Source of the DNA: Desulfatiglandales bacterium
GTDB lineage: Bacteria; Desulfobacterota; DSM-4660; Desulfatiglandales; Desulfatiglandaceae
Direction: 5' to 3'
Assembly: GCA_963666345.1 (NCBI GenBank)
Contig: OY762721.1
Span: 3,584,001-3,648,000 of the forward strand
Length of the DNA: 64,000 nt
Shown: positions 7,899 through 18,941 of the stretch, in pieces
Numbering within the stretch: the stretch's first letter is position 1
Layout of the letters: each line of letters begins with the position of its first letter
Made by a program: the position numbers and the translations under genes
The notes under the pieces: model-generated
The model's database searches: none
Seen by the model: the letters and a program-made list of their open reading frames with translations, nothing else
Told to the model about the DNA's origin: nothing

Positions 7899-8672
7899 TT
7901 AGATTTTGTTAGATTTCTCTCGGTTGCATTTCTGGCATAGAATTTGGATATTCCGTTCGGTATTACTACCGCCTTCGGACACAGGTATAATGTGGTCGAA
8001 TTCAAGGTTCTTCTTGCTCCCGCATTTTACACATTTGCCCTGGTCTCTTCTCCATACGGCAAATCTGACCTCTTCAGGAATCGGCTCCCTTGATCGCTGA
8101 ATCTCCATCGACTCCATTTTTTCAAACAGCCGTATTTCCTTTTGCAGTTTTCTGAATTTCTTTTCCTCTTTAAAATAGTGCTCTTTGACCAGTAGTTTTT
8201 GTTCATCTTCAGTATGCATATCATCAGGGTCAAAATAATAGATGTTATTTTTGAATAAGTAGTAGTTTCTCTCATGAATTATATGTTGATTTACAGATAC
8301 CATATTATCATTTATCGGTAACGGTCCTAAATGAGCACCGGTTCCTAAAACCGGTTGCGGCTCATTATGCTGATTTTCTATATCAAAATTAAAAAGAGGA
8401 TGGAATGCAAAATAGTATTTATATTTTGTTATATTAGAATGACATGCAATAATGCTAACTTTTGAGTTTGGGTCGTTATGATAACTTATTGCATAAGATC
8501 TATAAATGTCCTTTATCCTATGCTTTAATGATATGGGACTATTATTATTTGGAAAAGGGGAGCTATGTTCTTTATGAAAGCTTTTTTTGAGCATTTCTGA
8601 ATATTCCATAAGCGCTTTAATATGCTCATCATCCAATTCCCCAATATCTCTACAAAGTATTTTAACCGTCAT
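7899..8672 (-). CDS. HNH endonuclease (C-terminal HNH), paralog 2
   Basis: VWRRDQGKCVKCGSKKNLEFDHIIPVSEGGSNTERNIQILCQKCN. Confidence 0.85.
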   Translation of the reverse strand: MTVKILCRDIGELDDEHIKALMEYSEMLKKSFHKEHSSPFPNNNSPISLKHRIKDIYRSYAISYHNDPNSKVSIIACHSNITKYKYYFAFHPLFNFDIENQHNEPQPVLGTGAHLGPLPINDNMVSVNQHIIHERNYYLFKNNIYYFDPDDMHTEDEQKLLVKEHYFKEEKKFRKLQKEIRLFEKMESMEIQRSREPIPEEVRFAVWRRDQGKCVKCGSKKNLEFDHIIPVSEGGSNTERNIQILCQKCNREKSNKI

Positions 8673-8860
8673 TTTCCTTTTCCAATATCATTATGACAAT
8701 TATTAACTTAATCTATCTACTGATTGACAGTGTTGGGACAAGAACATGGTTATTAAATGTCAATAGGCGTTGAAAATTGACCCATCATCGGCGTCCAAAA
8801 TTGACCCACCCCTGAGAAAAAAATATGGTTAAATAGTTGAGTAGTTGATCCCTTCTTTAT

Positions 8861-9592
8861 CTATGAAGCTGCGTGTTTCATTCTCCAGCTTTCGTTACCT
8901 GTTTCTATAATTTCACAATGATGAGTCAACCGATCAAGCATGGCCGTAGTCATTTTTTTATCTCCAAAGACTTGGGGCCATTCACCGAAGGTCAAGTTGG
9001 TGGTGATTACTATGGATGTCTGTTCGTAGAGTTTTGATATAAGATGAAAGAGCAGTTGACTGCCGTTTTTGGAAAAAGGCAGATAACCCAGTTCATCGAG
9101 GACCACAAGATCAAATCGAAGTAGTCTTGCTGTGATTTTGCCGGCCAATCCAATCATTTTCTCCTGCTCAAGCTCATTTGCCAGATCCACCAGGTTATAA
9201 AACTTGCACTTCCTGCCATTCCTTATGGCCTGGGCCGCTATAGTTATGGCTAAATGGGTTTTGCCCGTACCGGTGCCACCTACAAAAATCAGGTTGATAT
9301 GTTCGGCTATAAAATCACCCTGATAAATAGACCTAATCTGGGCTTCATCAACACAGGCCCCGTTAAAATCAAAGCCATCGATATCTTTAAGGACAGGAAA
9401 CCTGGCCTGTCCCATACGATATCGGATACTCCTTATATATCTTTCGGCAGCTTCAGCCTTGAGCAGTTCCAGGATTACCTTTTCAGGCGTTGAATGGCTC
9501 TTGCGTCCATTGGAGACAACTTCATCATAAATGGACTGCATACCCCGCAACTTTAGTTTTTCCATCTGGTCCATGATATCATTGCGCAGCAT
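8861..9592 (-). CDS. istB: IS21 helper ATPase
   Basis: [26 protein letters not shown]. Confidence 0.95.
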   Translation of the reverse strand: MLRNDIMDQMEKLKLRGMQSIYDEVVSNGRKSHSTPEKVILELLKAEAAERYIRSIRYRMGQARFPVLKDIDGFDFNGACVDEAQIRSIYQGDFIAEHINLIFVGGTGTGKTHLAITIAAQAIRNGRKCKFYNLVDLANELEQEKMIGLAGKITARLLRFDLVVLDELGYLPFSKNGSQLLFHLISKLYEQTSIVITTNLTFGEWPQVFGDKKMTTAMLDRLTHHCEIIETGNESWRMKHAAS

Positions 9593-11096
9593 GGTATCCC
9601 TCCCTTACCAAACGTTCATAGCGGCGGCAGTCTGCTATGGGCTCTTGCTTGAGAATCAGATGGGAGGGGATACCCAAATCAGGCGTGCAATCCTGATCCT
9701 GATCCCTGTTTAAAAGATTGAGAACCACCTCTTTACTTACGGCCCTTATCTTTAGGGCCTCCTTACAGGCTTTACTTACAGCCTCAAGTCCGTAGAAAGG
9801 AACAGCATTTAGAATGGCCACAAACTGACGGTCCCAGTCGGAAAAACGGTTTTGAAGCCCATTTAGGACGCCTTCGACAGGATCGGGAAGTTGCCAGTCT
9901 TTAAAGGGGGCTCCATTACGGAGAGCCCCGGGCTTACGTTCAAGGACCGGGACATAATGCCAGGGATTAAAAATAGTCTTGTTCTTTCCAAAATGCCTAT
10001 CATGCTCTCCTACGATACAACCGTTATTTACTATCACTATCCGATCGGCATATACTCTCATATAGACCGCTTTACCCACCTGGCTGCAATTAACGCTGTA
10101 TCGGTTCCGGTCATAGGTTACAAGTGAGCTGGGGGTAACCCTGGCTGGACGTTGTGCATATCCATCAAAGAGAGGTGGTAGATTTATCAGATAGGGTCTC
10201 TCTTCACTGTAGACCTGCCAAACCGTCTTATCAGATATTGTTGGATGCTTACGGGTCTTTGCCCAGGTGATGCATTGTTCTCTAAGCAGCTCGTTTAGGT
10301 GTGTGAAATCCCTGGCCTTGATTCGGGGAGTGAAAAATCTCCTTCTGACCACACCTACCTGGTTTTCCACCTGACCCTTTTCCCAACCTGCAGCAGGGGT
10401 GCAGCTTACCGGTTCAAATAAATAATGGGAACACAGTTGGCTGAAGCGGCTGTTGAACTGTCTTTCCCTTCCTCCCAGGATCTTGTTAACCACTGTTTTG
10501 AGATTGTCATAGATGCCTTTACGGCAAACTCCCCCAAAAAACTCAAAGGCCCTGATATGGGCATCAAACACCATCTCCTGGGTTTCTCTGGGGTAGGCAA
10601 TACAAAGGAAGTAGCGGCTGTGACATAACCTTATATGTGCAACCTTTGCCTTTACTCTGCTTCCGTCCAGATCTACCCACTCATGACTCCAGTCAAACTG
10701 AAAGGCTTCTGCAGGATCAAATACCAAAGGTATAAATACCTCCTTTGGCAAGCTCCTTTGATCCTGGCGCCATCTTTGAACATATCTCCGTACGCTGTCA
10801 TAGCCACCTTCGTAGCCGTTGAGTTGCAGCTCTTCAAAAAGTATCTGGGCTGTCCTGCGCAGTTTTTTGGGCAGTTTCTCGTCTTCTTCCAGAAAGCCTT
10901 TCAGCATGTCTATAAACGGCCCCAGCTTGGGTCTTGGCTGGTTGCTTCGTTCGTACTGAAAAGATGTTTCTCCGCTCCTTATCGCCTTTTTTACTGTATT
11001 TTTGCTAAGGCGCAGATCCTTCGCTGTCTGACGTATGGATTTGCCATCTCTGAGAACAGCTAATCGTATCTTACGGATTGTTTCCACTGTGAGCAT
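9579..11096 (-). CDS. istA: IS21 transposase
   Basis: N-terminal HTH; FQFDW, YDNLK, WEKGQVE (DDE). Confidence 0.95.
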   Translation of the reverse strand: MLTVETIRKIRLAVLRDGKSIRQTAKDLRLSKNTVKKAIRSGETSFQYERSNQPRPKLGPFIDMLKGFLEEDEKLPKKLRRTAQILFEELQLNGYEGGYDSVRRYVQRWRQDQRSLPKEVFIPLVFDPAEAFQFDWSHEWVDLDGSRVKAKVAHIRLCHSRYFLCIAYPRETQEMVFDAHIRAFEFFGGVCRKGIYDNLKTVVNKILGGRERQFNSRFSQLCSHYLFEPVSCTPAAGWEKGQVENQVGVVRRRFFTPRIKARDFTHLNELLREQCITWAKTRKHPTISDKTVWQVYSEERPYLINLPPLFDGYAQRPARVTPSSLVTYDRNRYSVNCSQVGKAVYMRVYADRIVIVNNGCIVGEHDRHFGKNKTIFNPWHYVPVLERKPGALRNGAPFKDWQLPDPVEGVLNGLQNRFSDWDRQFVAILNAVPFYGLEAVSKACKEALKIRAVSKEVVLNLLNRDQDQDCTPDLGIPSHLILKQEPIADCRRYERLVREGYHAAQ

Positions 11097-11573
11097 CCCT
11101 TTCCGCCTCCTTCTACCATAGTCACAGCAGAATAGAAGGCTTTCAGGGGTGGGTCAATTTTGGACGCCGATTCGCCCTATAGGTGGGTCATTTTTGCATG
11201 CCGATTCACAGTAATCAGAAGGGTAATTAGTATTGTGGCTTGTCGATGAGATAGATTTGTGATTGATACTGGGTGTCACCATTGAAGCATATGTTGTGAC
11301 ATGAAAATGGTATCATAAAAGAAGGAAATCCTTTTTAAAGAGAGCATCCTAGGTTTGTGAAGGCCTGTGATATGATCAGATGATCAGTGATTTTTCATTG
11401 TGTATATATCCTGGTTTTTTCTGGTGCGATCACAGCTTTAGGCAATGTTGTGATAAGAAAATGCCATCTATCTTGGCTGAAGTTTTAACTGAAGCAAGAA
11501 ATACAGTCCTTGCCTAAACCGCCTACCATTTTATATCATTACTAGCAAAAAATCATGACAGGAGTCTTATGCA

Positions 11574-11858
11574 ATGAGCCTTACTAAAGCTGAAATCGTT
11601 GAAAAATTACATCAGGAAACGGGTTTATCAAAGAACCAAGCGGGTGATGCCTTAAAGGACATTATCGATATCATTAAGAACAGGCTTGAAACCGGGGAAA
11701 GTGTCTTGATTTCAGGCTTTGGTAGGTTTGCAGTCAAGGAAAAGCGGCCTAGAAAGGGTAGAAATCCTGCCACAGGCAAGTCCATAATGCTTGATGGTAG
11801 AAGAGTCGTCAGTTTTAAGTGCTCTGGTGTCCTAAAAGACAGGCTAAATAAGTCATAA
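11574..11858 (+). CDS. ihfA: Integration host factor alpha
   Basis: LTKAEI...ISGFGRF...RKGRNPATG...RRVVSFKCS. Confidence 0.85.
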   Translation: MSLTKAEIVEKLHQETGLSKNQAGDALKDIIDIIKNRLETGESVLISGFGRFAVKEKRPRKGRNPATGKSIMLDGRRVVSFKCSGVLKDRLNKS

Positions 11859-12361
11859 GTCACTCAATTGCGAGGTATTGGACTTCTATACCGTATAAAT
11901 CACCCAAATTTTTCTTTTCTCAAGTCCTTTAAACATAGTTGTAAGATCAAAAATATGCGATTGAGGTCTTAAAATACCAGTTTGCGTTTAAAAATATAAT
12001 GTTTCACGCTCCTTTTTAACCGTTTCTCGCTCAAAATTATCTGATTGAGCGATAAAATACCCTTCTGTTCAAAAACTTCAAAACCATTAACATCAGGGAC
12101 CTGGACCTCCTTCATAAATTACTGTTTTTCCAAGCTCACTAGGTCAGTCTATCCAACAACTCTTTAATAGATCGCTATAACTAGGTAGTTGGTGAAGATT
12201 CAGAGGATTTTATTATTTGTTGTGACTGTTTAAATTGTAATTTTGTCGTTTATTTTTACATGGCAGTGGGACCTATATTTATGGGGTTAAGAGGGCATTT
12301 GTGGTATTGAAAATACTATGTCCAAGGTTGAGGGAGATAAGTGGCTTGAAGCAGTGTTTGA

Positions 12362-12454
12362 GACAAAATCCGTAATCTGATAGTAGTTTTGGTGTGCATG
12401 ACAAAAACCGTAAAACATTTCTTATACTATACGAACGCTTTTACGACTTTTGTC
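12362..12454. repeat. Origin-like repeats downstream of the rep-like gene
   Basis: GACAAAATCCGTAA(12362), GACAAAAACCGTAAAA(12400) and inverted TTTTACGACTTTTGTC(12439-12454) around TTATACTATA. Confidence 0.55.
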
Positions 12455-12460
12455 CCCTAT

Positions 12461-13936
12461 TTACCGGTATAGATTCTTTTCATGGTTTTCATCCATGTCT
12501 TTGACACTTTCAACTAAATCCATGTTAAGTTTCACTTCCATTACTCTCGCTTTTCGTTTTTTCTGAGTATAGAAGAAAAACTTCAAAATTGACGTTGTTT
12601 TCTTGATTTTACCACTGTTAGGTATGTTTACACCCTTCTTCAAGAGTTTATCAATCTCAGGTTCTATGTTGTTTTCAGATGAGTACACTTTGTTGACTAA
12701 AGACTCGTATATCTTGACACAGTCATTGTTTGTAAGTTTTACAGGTTTAGGTGACTTGAAGCTTAACCCGTAGGGTTTCAAAGTGCTTTCCAGGATATGG
12801 GTAGTCTTGACAGTGATACTAGACTTTTCACAGTTGTTTAAGGCACTGTTTAAGATTCTTTGACCAGTCTTGATTTTACGTATTTTTTCGTACGTTGAAG
12901 TTTGAGACTTAGCCTTTAACTCCCCTCTGTAGTTTAACTCTTCTCTTACAGCCTTTTTGCTCTGTTCTAAGTAATTTTTGGAAGTTTTAGATGTACTTTT
13001 CTTGGGTTTAGAGTCGGTTTGAACTGAAACCAAGCATCCTTCCCTGGCCAGAAGGTTTCTGTACTGACCTAAGACCCCGTACTTTCTGTCGTAGCTCTCC
13101 CACTCGATACATGCCTTTTCCAGTCTTATTGCCGTCTTGACACCCTCACAGTTGATCAAGTCTAAAAAGCTGTTGTTGCCGATCATCCTCTTGATTTTTT
13201 CTTCTTTGCTGTGACTTTCTTCTAAAGCCTTGAAAGTCAAAAGGGAACCCATCTTCAATTTTAGATTGCCAACAGTGTCTTTTAAGGTCCGTGTAAGGTA
13301 TTTCCCTCTAAATTTGACGTTTTCAAACAGTTCTAGCAAACCTAAGCTAAAAACCTTGTCAGAGTCTGTTTCTTCGTTATATCCATTGTCTGCCAGGTAT
13401 AACGGCATCAAAACCTTGTATTTCCTTGCATTTCTTCCCCGCATAGTCATTTGGTAGTGGGTGTGAGCACCTAGTAAAATCCCGTCTATAAAATGGTATA
13501 CATTAGTGCCTTTAGTTTCTCGTATATCCACCCCTGTAGTGATGGCTGGGCTGTAGATCAGGTAAGTCAGTTTGTCTCGGGATAAGTGCTTGTCAAATTC
13601 CCTGATGATATCAAGCATCCCTTCCTCTTCTGTGGTTTTCCCGGTAACTAGCTTGATGTTTTCCTTGGACCCATTGGCCTTTTCTATGTATTTTTTGAGC
13701 TCTTCAGCCTTCTTTTTGTAAGAAGCTGCGATTAGCATTGGCCTGTTGTTTTCCTTGGATTGGGTCAGGTCCTTGTTAAACTGAGAGAGAAAACGCTTAC
13801 ATTTTTGGCCCTTGCTTGAAATTCGGCTCATTCCCTCTTGAGGTTAAGTATATCTCAACTTTCTTTTCTGTCCGGAGGTTTTTCCTTAAGAGGTAAGGTT
13901 TTTTACCGGAAATTTCAGAGATTGCCGCGATTATTG
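12461..13936 (-). pseudogene. 5'-truncated SF2 helicase / origin-binding (plasmid Rep-like) protein
   Basis: YSPAITTGVDI (motif V-like) and HYQMTMRGR (motif VI-like); no Walker A left; probable frameshift near 13810; 5' end abuts the istA fragment. Confidence 0.6.
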
Positions 13937-14165
13937 TCATCTCAAAGCAATTTGTTTGTTGGAGTGGCCGTGTTGCCACTTGAGTCTGAGGACTTCTTTA
14001 ATCTTTCGCATGGATAATCTCCTGCCGGCCATTATTGCCTCCTGATATCTTTTTTCAGAAGGTTATAGGCCAGGGTTTCAATTATACAGCGTCTCTTCAA
14101 TCACCTCCGCACTCGGGGTGCCGGAATGCTTCGGAATGGGGTGTCGGAATCAATCGGAATACTCA
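13937..14165 (-). mobile_element. IS21-family left-end remnant (a different element from 8758-11210)
   Basis: End reads TGAGTATTCCGATTGATTCCGACACCCC with repeated ATTCCG; istA start MAGRRLSMRKIKEVLRLKWQHGHSNKQIALR* at 14032-13937. Confidence 0.8.
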
Positions 14166-14251
14166 TCTGGGCAAATAATTTCAGTATATGTGAACCATTC
14201 AGATACCAACTATCAGAAATATCAGAATAAATTTCGGAAATAATTTTCATC

Positions 14252-14324
14252 TTGACAACAAAATACAATAATGATATTTAAATTAGCGTTTGATCTAGCA
14301 ATACAACGTTTCATCTAGTAAAAC
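14252..14324 (+). promoter_or_regulatory. Promoter and tandem IclR-type operators
   Basis: TTGACA at 14252; GTTTGATCTAGCAATAC(14288) and GTTTCATCTAGTAAAAC(14308) are imperfect palindromes with a 20-bp period. Confidence 0.55.
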
Positions 14325-14338
14325 TATGTAATAGCGAA

Positions 14339-15142
14339 ATGAATAAAAAATTAATGGAAAAAGATAGATATTTTGTTTCTGCACTTGCGAAGGGGTTGGA
14401 CATTCTGCAGGTAATCGCTAATGCAGGTAGACCCCTACCTCTCTCAGAGGTATCTGCCTCTCTAGGCATCAACAAATCAACCACAATGCGATTTTGTCAT
14501 ACGTTAATCAAGTTGGGATTTCTCCAACGCAATAGGGAAAAGTTGTATTATCCAACTCCTCGAATTCTTTCTCTTGGATACAAATCAATACAAGGAATGA
14601 CTTGGCTGGATGTTACTGAGTTCTATTTGGAAAGCCTTTCAATGCAGGTAGAGGAAGCTGTCGGGCTATTAATATTAGATGAAAATGAAGTTTTGTATTT
14701 GAAAAGGGTCGTAAAAAAGGAACATTTGCTCCCTTATGATGTACAAATTGGAGCCAAATTCCCTGTCTATTGCACTTCGGTAGGAAAAGCCCTTTTGGCC
14801 TTTAGGCCTCGAGAAGATGCTATAAACATTTTAAAAAATATTGAATTTAAGCCTCTAACTCATAGAACAATAACTAGCTTTGAAGAATACTTAAATGAAT
14901 TAGATTTTGTAAATCAAAATGGATATGCAATATCCGATGAAGAATTATCTGTAGGTCTGCGATCAATAGCAGTTCCTGTTAGAAATCCTGAAGGAACAGC
15001 AATATTTGCCATAAATATTAATGTTCCAACAAAACGTCACGACATCAAATATTTATCAAAGGTAATCGCACCCCATGCATTAAGAAGTGCCGAAGATATA
15101 GGTAAAGCTCTTGAAGATATTGGATGGGATTTTATCATATAA
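14339..15142 (+). CDS. IclR-family transcriptional regulator (PcaR/PobR-like)
   Basis: FVSALAKGLDIL HTH; CTSVGKALLA; EELSVGLRSIAVP. Confidence 0.92.
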   Translation: MNKKLMEKDRYFVSALAKGLDILQVIANAGRPLPLSEVSASLGINKSTTMRFCHTLIKLGFLQRNREKLYYPTPRILSLGYKSIQGMTWLDVTEFYLESLSMQVEEAVGLLILDENEVLYLKRVVKKEHLLPYDVQIGAKFPVYCTSVGKALLAFRPREDAINILKNIEFKPLTHRTITSFEEYLNELDFVNQNGYAISDEELSVGLRSIAVPVRNPEGTAIFAININVPTKRHDIKYLSKVIAPHALRSAEDIGKALEDIGWDFII

Positions 15143-16672
15143 CTCAACTTTCGGGATTGGGAGGAGTAGCATAAAAAAGGAGATAACTTATTGAAATAAT
15201 GCATAAATAAGTTGAAGAGCCCAGTCTTTTGAATTATAGTGAGATTGTGAAAAAACACAATAATATCAAAAGGAAAGGGCTCATATGCAACATACAATGA
15301 ATGTCTCCCAATCGCAAGATAAGATTCAAATAAACAGCCAAATTGACGCTTTTTTTAAGGTTTTCACCGTTGGCACCTTGCTTGACCGAGCCGGTATAAG
15401 AAAACGACATGGATACCGAGTTAGCTCTTTGATAAAGACGATATTCACACTGCCGTTCATCGGAAAGAACTTTTTCCGGGGCATCGTCATCAATGAAGAT
15501 GTTGGGTTTGGTAAAGACGCCGCCTACGAAGTTTTAAAGTGCTCCAGATATAATTGGCGAAAACTGATCCTAATGCTGGCAGTAAAACTCCATAGATTCT
15601 TCACTGGCCTGACTAGTGAAGACAGACAAAGCGTACTCATTATTGATGACAGCACCTACGATAGATCCCGATCAAAGGTTGTTGAACTGCTCAGCCGGGT
15701 GAAAGATCATTCCACGGGCAGATATTTAGCGGGATTTAGGATGCTGACCATGTGCTGGTCCGACGGGGTAAGCTGTCTGCCGTTAGACTTTGCACTGCTG
15801 TCATCGAGCAACACCAAATCCCGGTTGCAGGATATCCGTAAATCCTTGGATAAACGCACATGTGGTTATCGTCGACGTGTTGAAGCGATGCAAAAAGCAA
15901 CCGCTCATTTAGATGCCATGATCAAAAGGGCTTTAGCTGCCGGTATCAAAGCCAAGTATGTTCTTATGGACAGTTGGTTTGGCATGCCCGCAACCATTGC
16001 CAAAGTTGCATCAAATTTGGATGTAATCTGCATGGTTAAAAAGACCCCCAAGGTGCATTACAGCTATGGTGATAAACGTATGGATGTGATGGCTATATAC
16101 AAGACAGTTAAAAAACGTCGTGGGCGTGCCAAGATTAAAGCCAGTGTGCTTGTAGAACTTACCGATGGCATCCCTGCAAAGCTGGTCTTTGTCCGTGACA
16201 ATCGCAAAACAGATTGGCTGGCTCTGTTGAGCACTGATGTATCGCTGGATGATGAACAGGTTGTACAGATCTACGGCAAACGCTGGGATATAGAGATTTT
16301 CTTTAAAATGGCCAAGCAGCATCTGAAGCTAGCTAAAGAGATCCACAGCAGAGACTATGACGCCCTTATCGCCCATACCAGTATCGTGTTCATGCGGTAT
16401 ATGTTCCTTGCTTATCAGAACCGCAACAGCATCGATGATCGAACCTTTGGAGATATGTTCTATGCCTGCTGTGACGAGATCAAAGACATCAGTTTTATCC
16501 AGGCTCTTTACAGACTGCTCACTCTTGCAATGGCAAATGTACATAGTATGGGCACTGCTTGTGAGAAAACAGTCCAAACATTTTTCGATAAAATCATCGC
16601 TGCAGCTCTTGATTGTGTGAAGTTGTCAAAGAACCAATTTATTACTCTAAATGCTTAAACCCGAAAGTTGAG
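15143..16672 (+). mobile_element. IS4-superfamily insertion sequence, intact
   Basis: 13-bp IR CTCAACTTTCGGG/CCCGAAAGTTGAG; 6-bp TSD ATATAA at 15137-15142 and 16673-16678. Confidence 0.92.
15285..16658 (+). CDS. DDE transposase (IS4/IS701-like)
   Basis: IIDDS, LMDSWF, YGKRWDIEIFFK. Confidence 0.92.
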   Translation: MQHTMNVSQSQDKIQINSQIDAFFKVFTVGTLLDRAGIRKRHGYRVSSLIKTIFTLPFIGKNFFRGIVINEDVGFGKDAAYEVLKCSRYNWRKLILMLAVKLHRFFTGLTSEDRQSVLIIDDSTYDRSRSKVVELLSRVKDHSTGRYLAGFRMLTMCWSDGVSCLPLDFALLSSSNTKSRLQDIRKSLDKRTCGYRRRVEAMQKATAHLDAMIKRALAAGIKAKYVLMDSWFGMPATIAKVASNLDVICMVKKTPKVHYSYGDKRMDVMAIYKTVKKRRGRAKIKASVLVELTDGIPAKLVFVRDNRKTDWLALLSTDVSLDDEQVVQIYGKRWDIEIFFKMAKQHLKLAKEIHSRDYDALIAHTSIVFMRYMFLAYQNRNSIDDRTFGDMFYACCDEIKDISFIQALYRLLTLAMANVHSMGTACEKTVQTFFDKIIAAALDCVKLSKNQFITLNA

Positions 16673-16945
16673 ATATAATGTCAATATAATAGAAACAACA
16701 TTGACATCTGTGTTTAGTGTTCGCGTATAAATTGGCAATATAAAAGATTTACTAAATACCAACTAAAGGCCATTCCCATTAAGATAATTTCGTGAACTGA
16801 TTAGAATCAGTAATTAAATAATTCTATTATATAATACATATCGGGAAGTAGGTACAAAATCAACAGCACGTTTGATTGAATCTAGGATATCAATAAATTT
16901 AGAAACTATTGGGCTTTGAGCAAAATAAGAAAGAAAGGAGAAACG

Positions 16946-18931
16946 GTGGCTACCACACAATTTAAAAACCTTTTTACTCCCCTAAAAATCAATTCCCTGG
17001 AGATTTCCAATAGAATCTTCATGTCAAATGCGGCTCATAGGTTTTATTCTGGTAGTGAAGGGCCAAATGAAAGGGCACTATATTACTACGAGGCTAGAGC
17101 AAAAGGTGGATTAGGATTGATTATAACAGGCCCTCACTATATTTCTCCTTTCACCACATCTGGAAAGCCTACTGCATACCAGAGTGATGAGGTCATACCA
17201 AGTTTGAAGAGACAGGCTGATACAGTTCATAAATATGGAACCAAGGTTTTTGCCCAATTAGGCCATGTTGGTAATTATGTAACTGGGCGAGGATGTGGGG
17301 GTGGATCAACTTGGGGGCCATCTCCTGTTTGGAGAAGAAACCTCTTTGCACCAGGGTGGCAGGAGGTGCCGCATGAAATGGATGAAGATGAGATCGATCG
17401 ATTTGTAAGTGATTATGGCGGGGCTGCAAAGAGGGTTAAAGAGGCTGGATATGACGGGATAGAAATAATGGCAATGGTCGGCCTGTTGCAGGCACAGTTC
17501 CTGTCATCGGCTATGAACATTCGAGATGATGAATATGGTGGTCCATTAAAAAGCCGGATGAAATTTCTTTTGCGAACAATTGATTCAATACGAGATGCAG
17601 TAGGACCTGATTTTGTTGTAGGAGTAAGATACACAGCAGATGAATTTGTGGACAGAGTCTGGTGGACAAAAAATCACGGGAATACATTGGACGATGCAAA
17701 AGAAATTGCCAAGATATTGGAGTCCACACAAAAGGTTGACTACCTATTCCCCTGTGCTACTGCATTTGGTCCTGCCCATGTACCTCCAATGAACTACCCC
17801 TTGGCACCTTTTATATATCTTTGTGCAGCCGTAAAAGATGAGGTCAAACTTCCTGTCTTCGGAAATGGCAGAATCAATGATCCCGTTTTGGCAGAAAAGA
17901 TTTTAGATGATTATCAGGCAGATATGATTGGGATAACACGAGGACTTATAGCAGATCCAGAATTTCCCAAAAAGGCGAGGGAAGGAAAGGTTAAAGAAAT
18001 CAGGAAATGTATTGGTTGTAATGAAGGATGCGCTGGGGGGCACTATCCGAGGTTGCCTCTGTGCTGTGCTATGAATGTTGAAGCCGGGAGGGAAAAGGAA
18101 TTTGTCATTACTCCAGCAGATAACCAAAAAAATGTTGTTGTTATAGGTGGTGGGGCGGCCGGTCTTGAAACTGCAAGGGTAGCAGCTTTAAGAGGGCATA
18201 AGGTAAAGCTATATGAGAGAGAAAATGAGTTGGCTCCTGAGTTGACATTAGCTGCAAAGGTACCAGGAAGAGAGGGATTTGAAGACACCTTACGGTATTT
18301 TGCCTATCAGATGGAATTGCTTGGAGTAGAAGTTAATTTAGGCATAAATATTACGGATGAAACTGTTTTAACTAATGATTGGGATGTCGTAGTTGTTGCA
18401 ACTGGGGCGAAACCTTTCATCCCCAGAATTAATGGTATCGAAAACAGTAGCATCAGGTTAGTTGAAATGAGAGATGTCTTAAATGAAAAGACTGAAGTTG
18501 GCGATAATATAATTATAGCTGATTATCAAAATCATCTATATGGATTAGATACTGCGGATTTTCTAGCACATAGAGGAAAGACAATTGAACTGATAAATGA
18601 ATCAGTTTTTGTCGGAGGAATGGTAGATTATCAATCGATAAATACAATGTATACAAACGTATTGAGCAAAGGTGTCAAAATAACCCCTTTGACAGCGATA
18701 AAGGAGATAGTTGAAAACAAAGTAATAACATACAATCTTCTTACAAATAGAGAGAAGACAATTGATGGGATTGATACAGTAGTAGTATGCACAGATGGCA
18801 GGAGCGATGATTTATTATATCGTAAATTAAAATCCAAAGTTAAAGAACTATATAGAGCTGGTCAGTGTGTATCTCCTCGAAAAATGCTTGATTCCATTGC
18901 TGATGGTTATCGAGTTGGCAAATTATTATGA
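16946..18931 (+). CDS. Old-yellow-enzyme family FMN/FAD/4Fe-4S oxidoreductase 1
   Basis: YYEARAKGG, QLGHVG, CIGCNEGC, VIGGGAAG; GTG start with AAGGAG SD. Confidence 0.9.
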   Translation: MATTQFKNLFTPLKINSLEISNRIFMSNAAHRFYSGSEGPNERALYYYEARAKGGLGLIITGPHYISPFTTSGKPTAYQSDEVIPSLKRQADTVHKYGTKVFAQLGHVGNYVTGRGCGGGSTWGPSPVWRRNLFAPGWQEVPHEMDEDEIDRFVSDYGGAAKRVKEAGYDGIEIMAMVGLLQAQFLSSAMNIRDDEYGGPLKSRMKFLLRTIDSIRDAVGPDFVVGVRYTADEFVDRVWWTKNHGNTLDDAKEIAKILESTQKVDYLFPCATAFGPAHVPPMNYPLAPFIYLCAAVKDEVKLPVFGNGRINDPVLAEKILDDYQADMIGITRGLIADPEFPKKAREGKVKEIRKCIGCNEGCAGGHYPRLPLCCAMNVEAGREKEFVITPADNQKNVVVIGGGAAGLETARVAALRGHKVKLYERENELAPELTLAAKVPGREGFEDTLRYFAYQMELLGVEVNLGINITDETVLTNDWDVVVVATGAKPFIPRINGIENSSIRLVEMRDVLNEKTEVGDNIIIADYQNHLYGLDTADFLAHRGKTIELINESVFVGGMVDYQSINTMYTNVLSKGVKITPLTAIKEIVENKVITYNLLTNREKTIDGIDTVVVCTDGRSDDLLYRKLKSKVKELYRAGQCVSPRKMLDSIADGYRVGKLL

Positions 18932-18941
18932 TGGATTAATT

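Larger units (their letters stand above)
8758..11210 (-). mobile_element. IS21-family insertion sequence
   Basis: TGT...ACA ends with repeated AAAATTGACCCA / TGGGTCA(A/T)TTTT boxes; encloses istA and istB; no matching target duplication seen. Confidence 0.92.
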
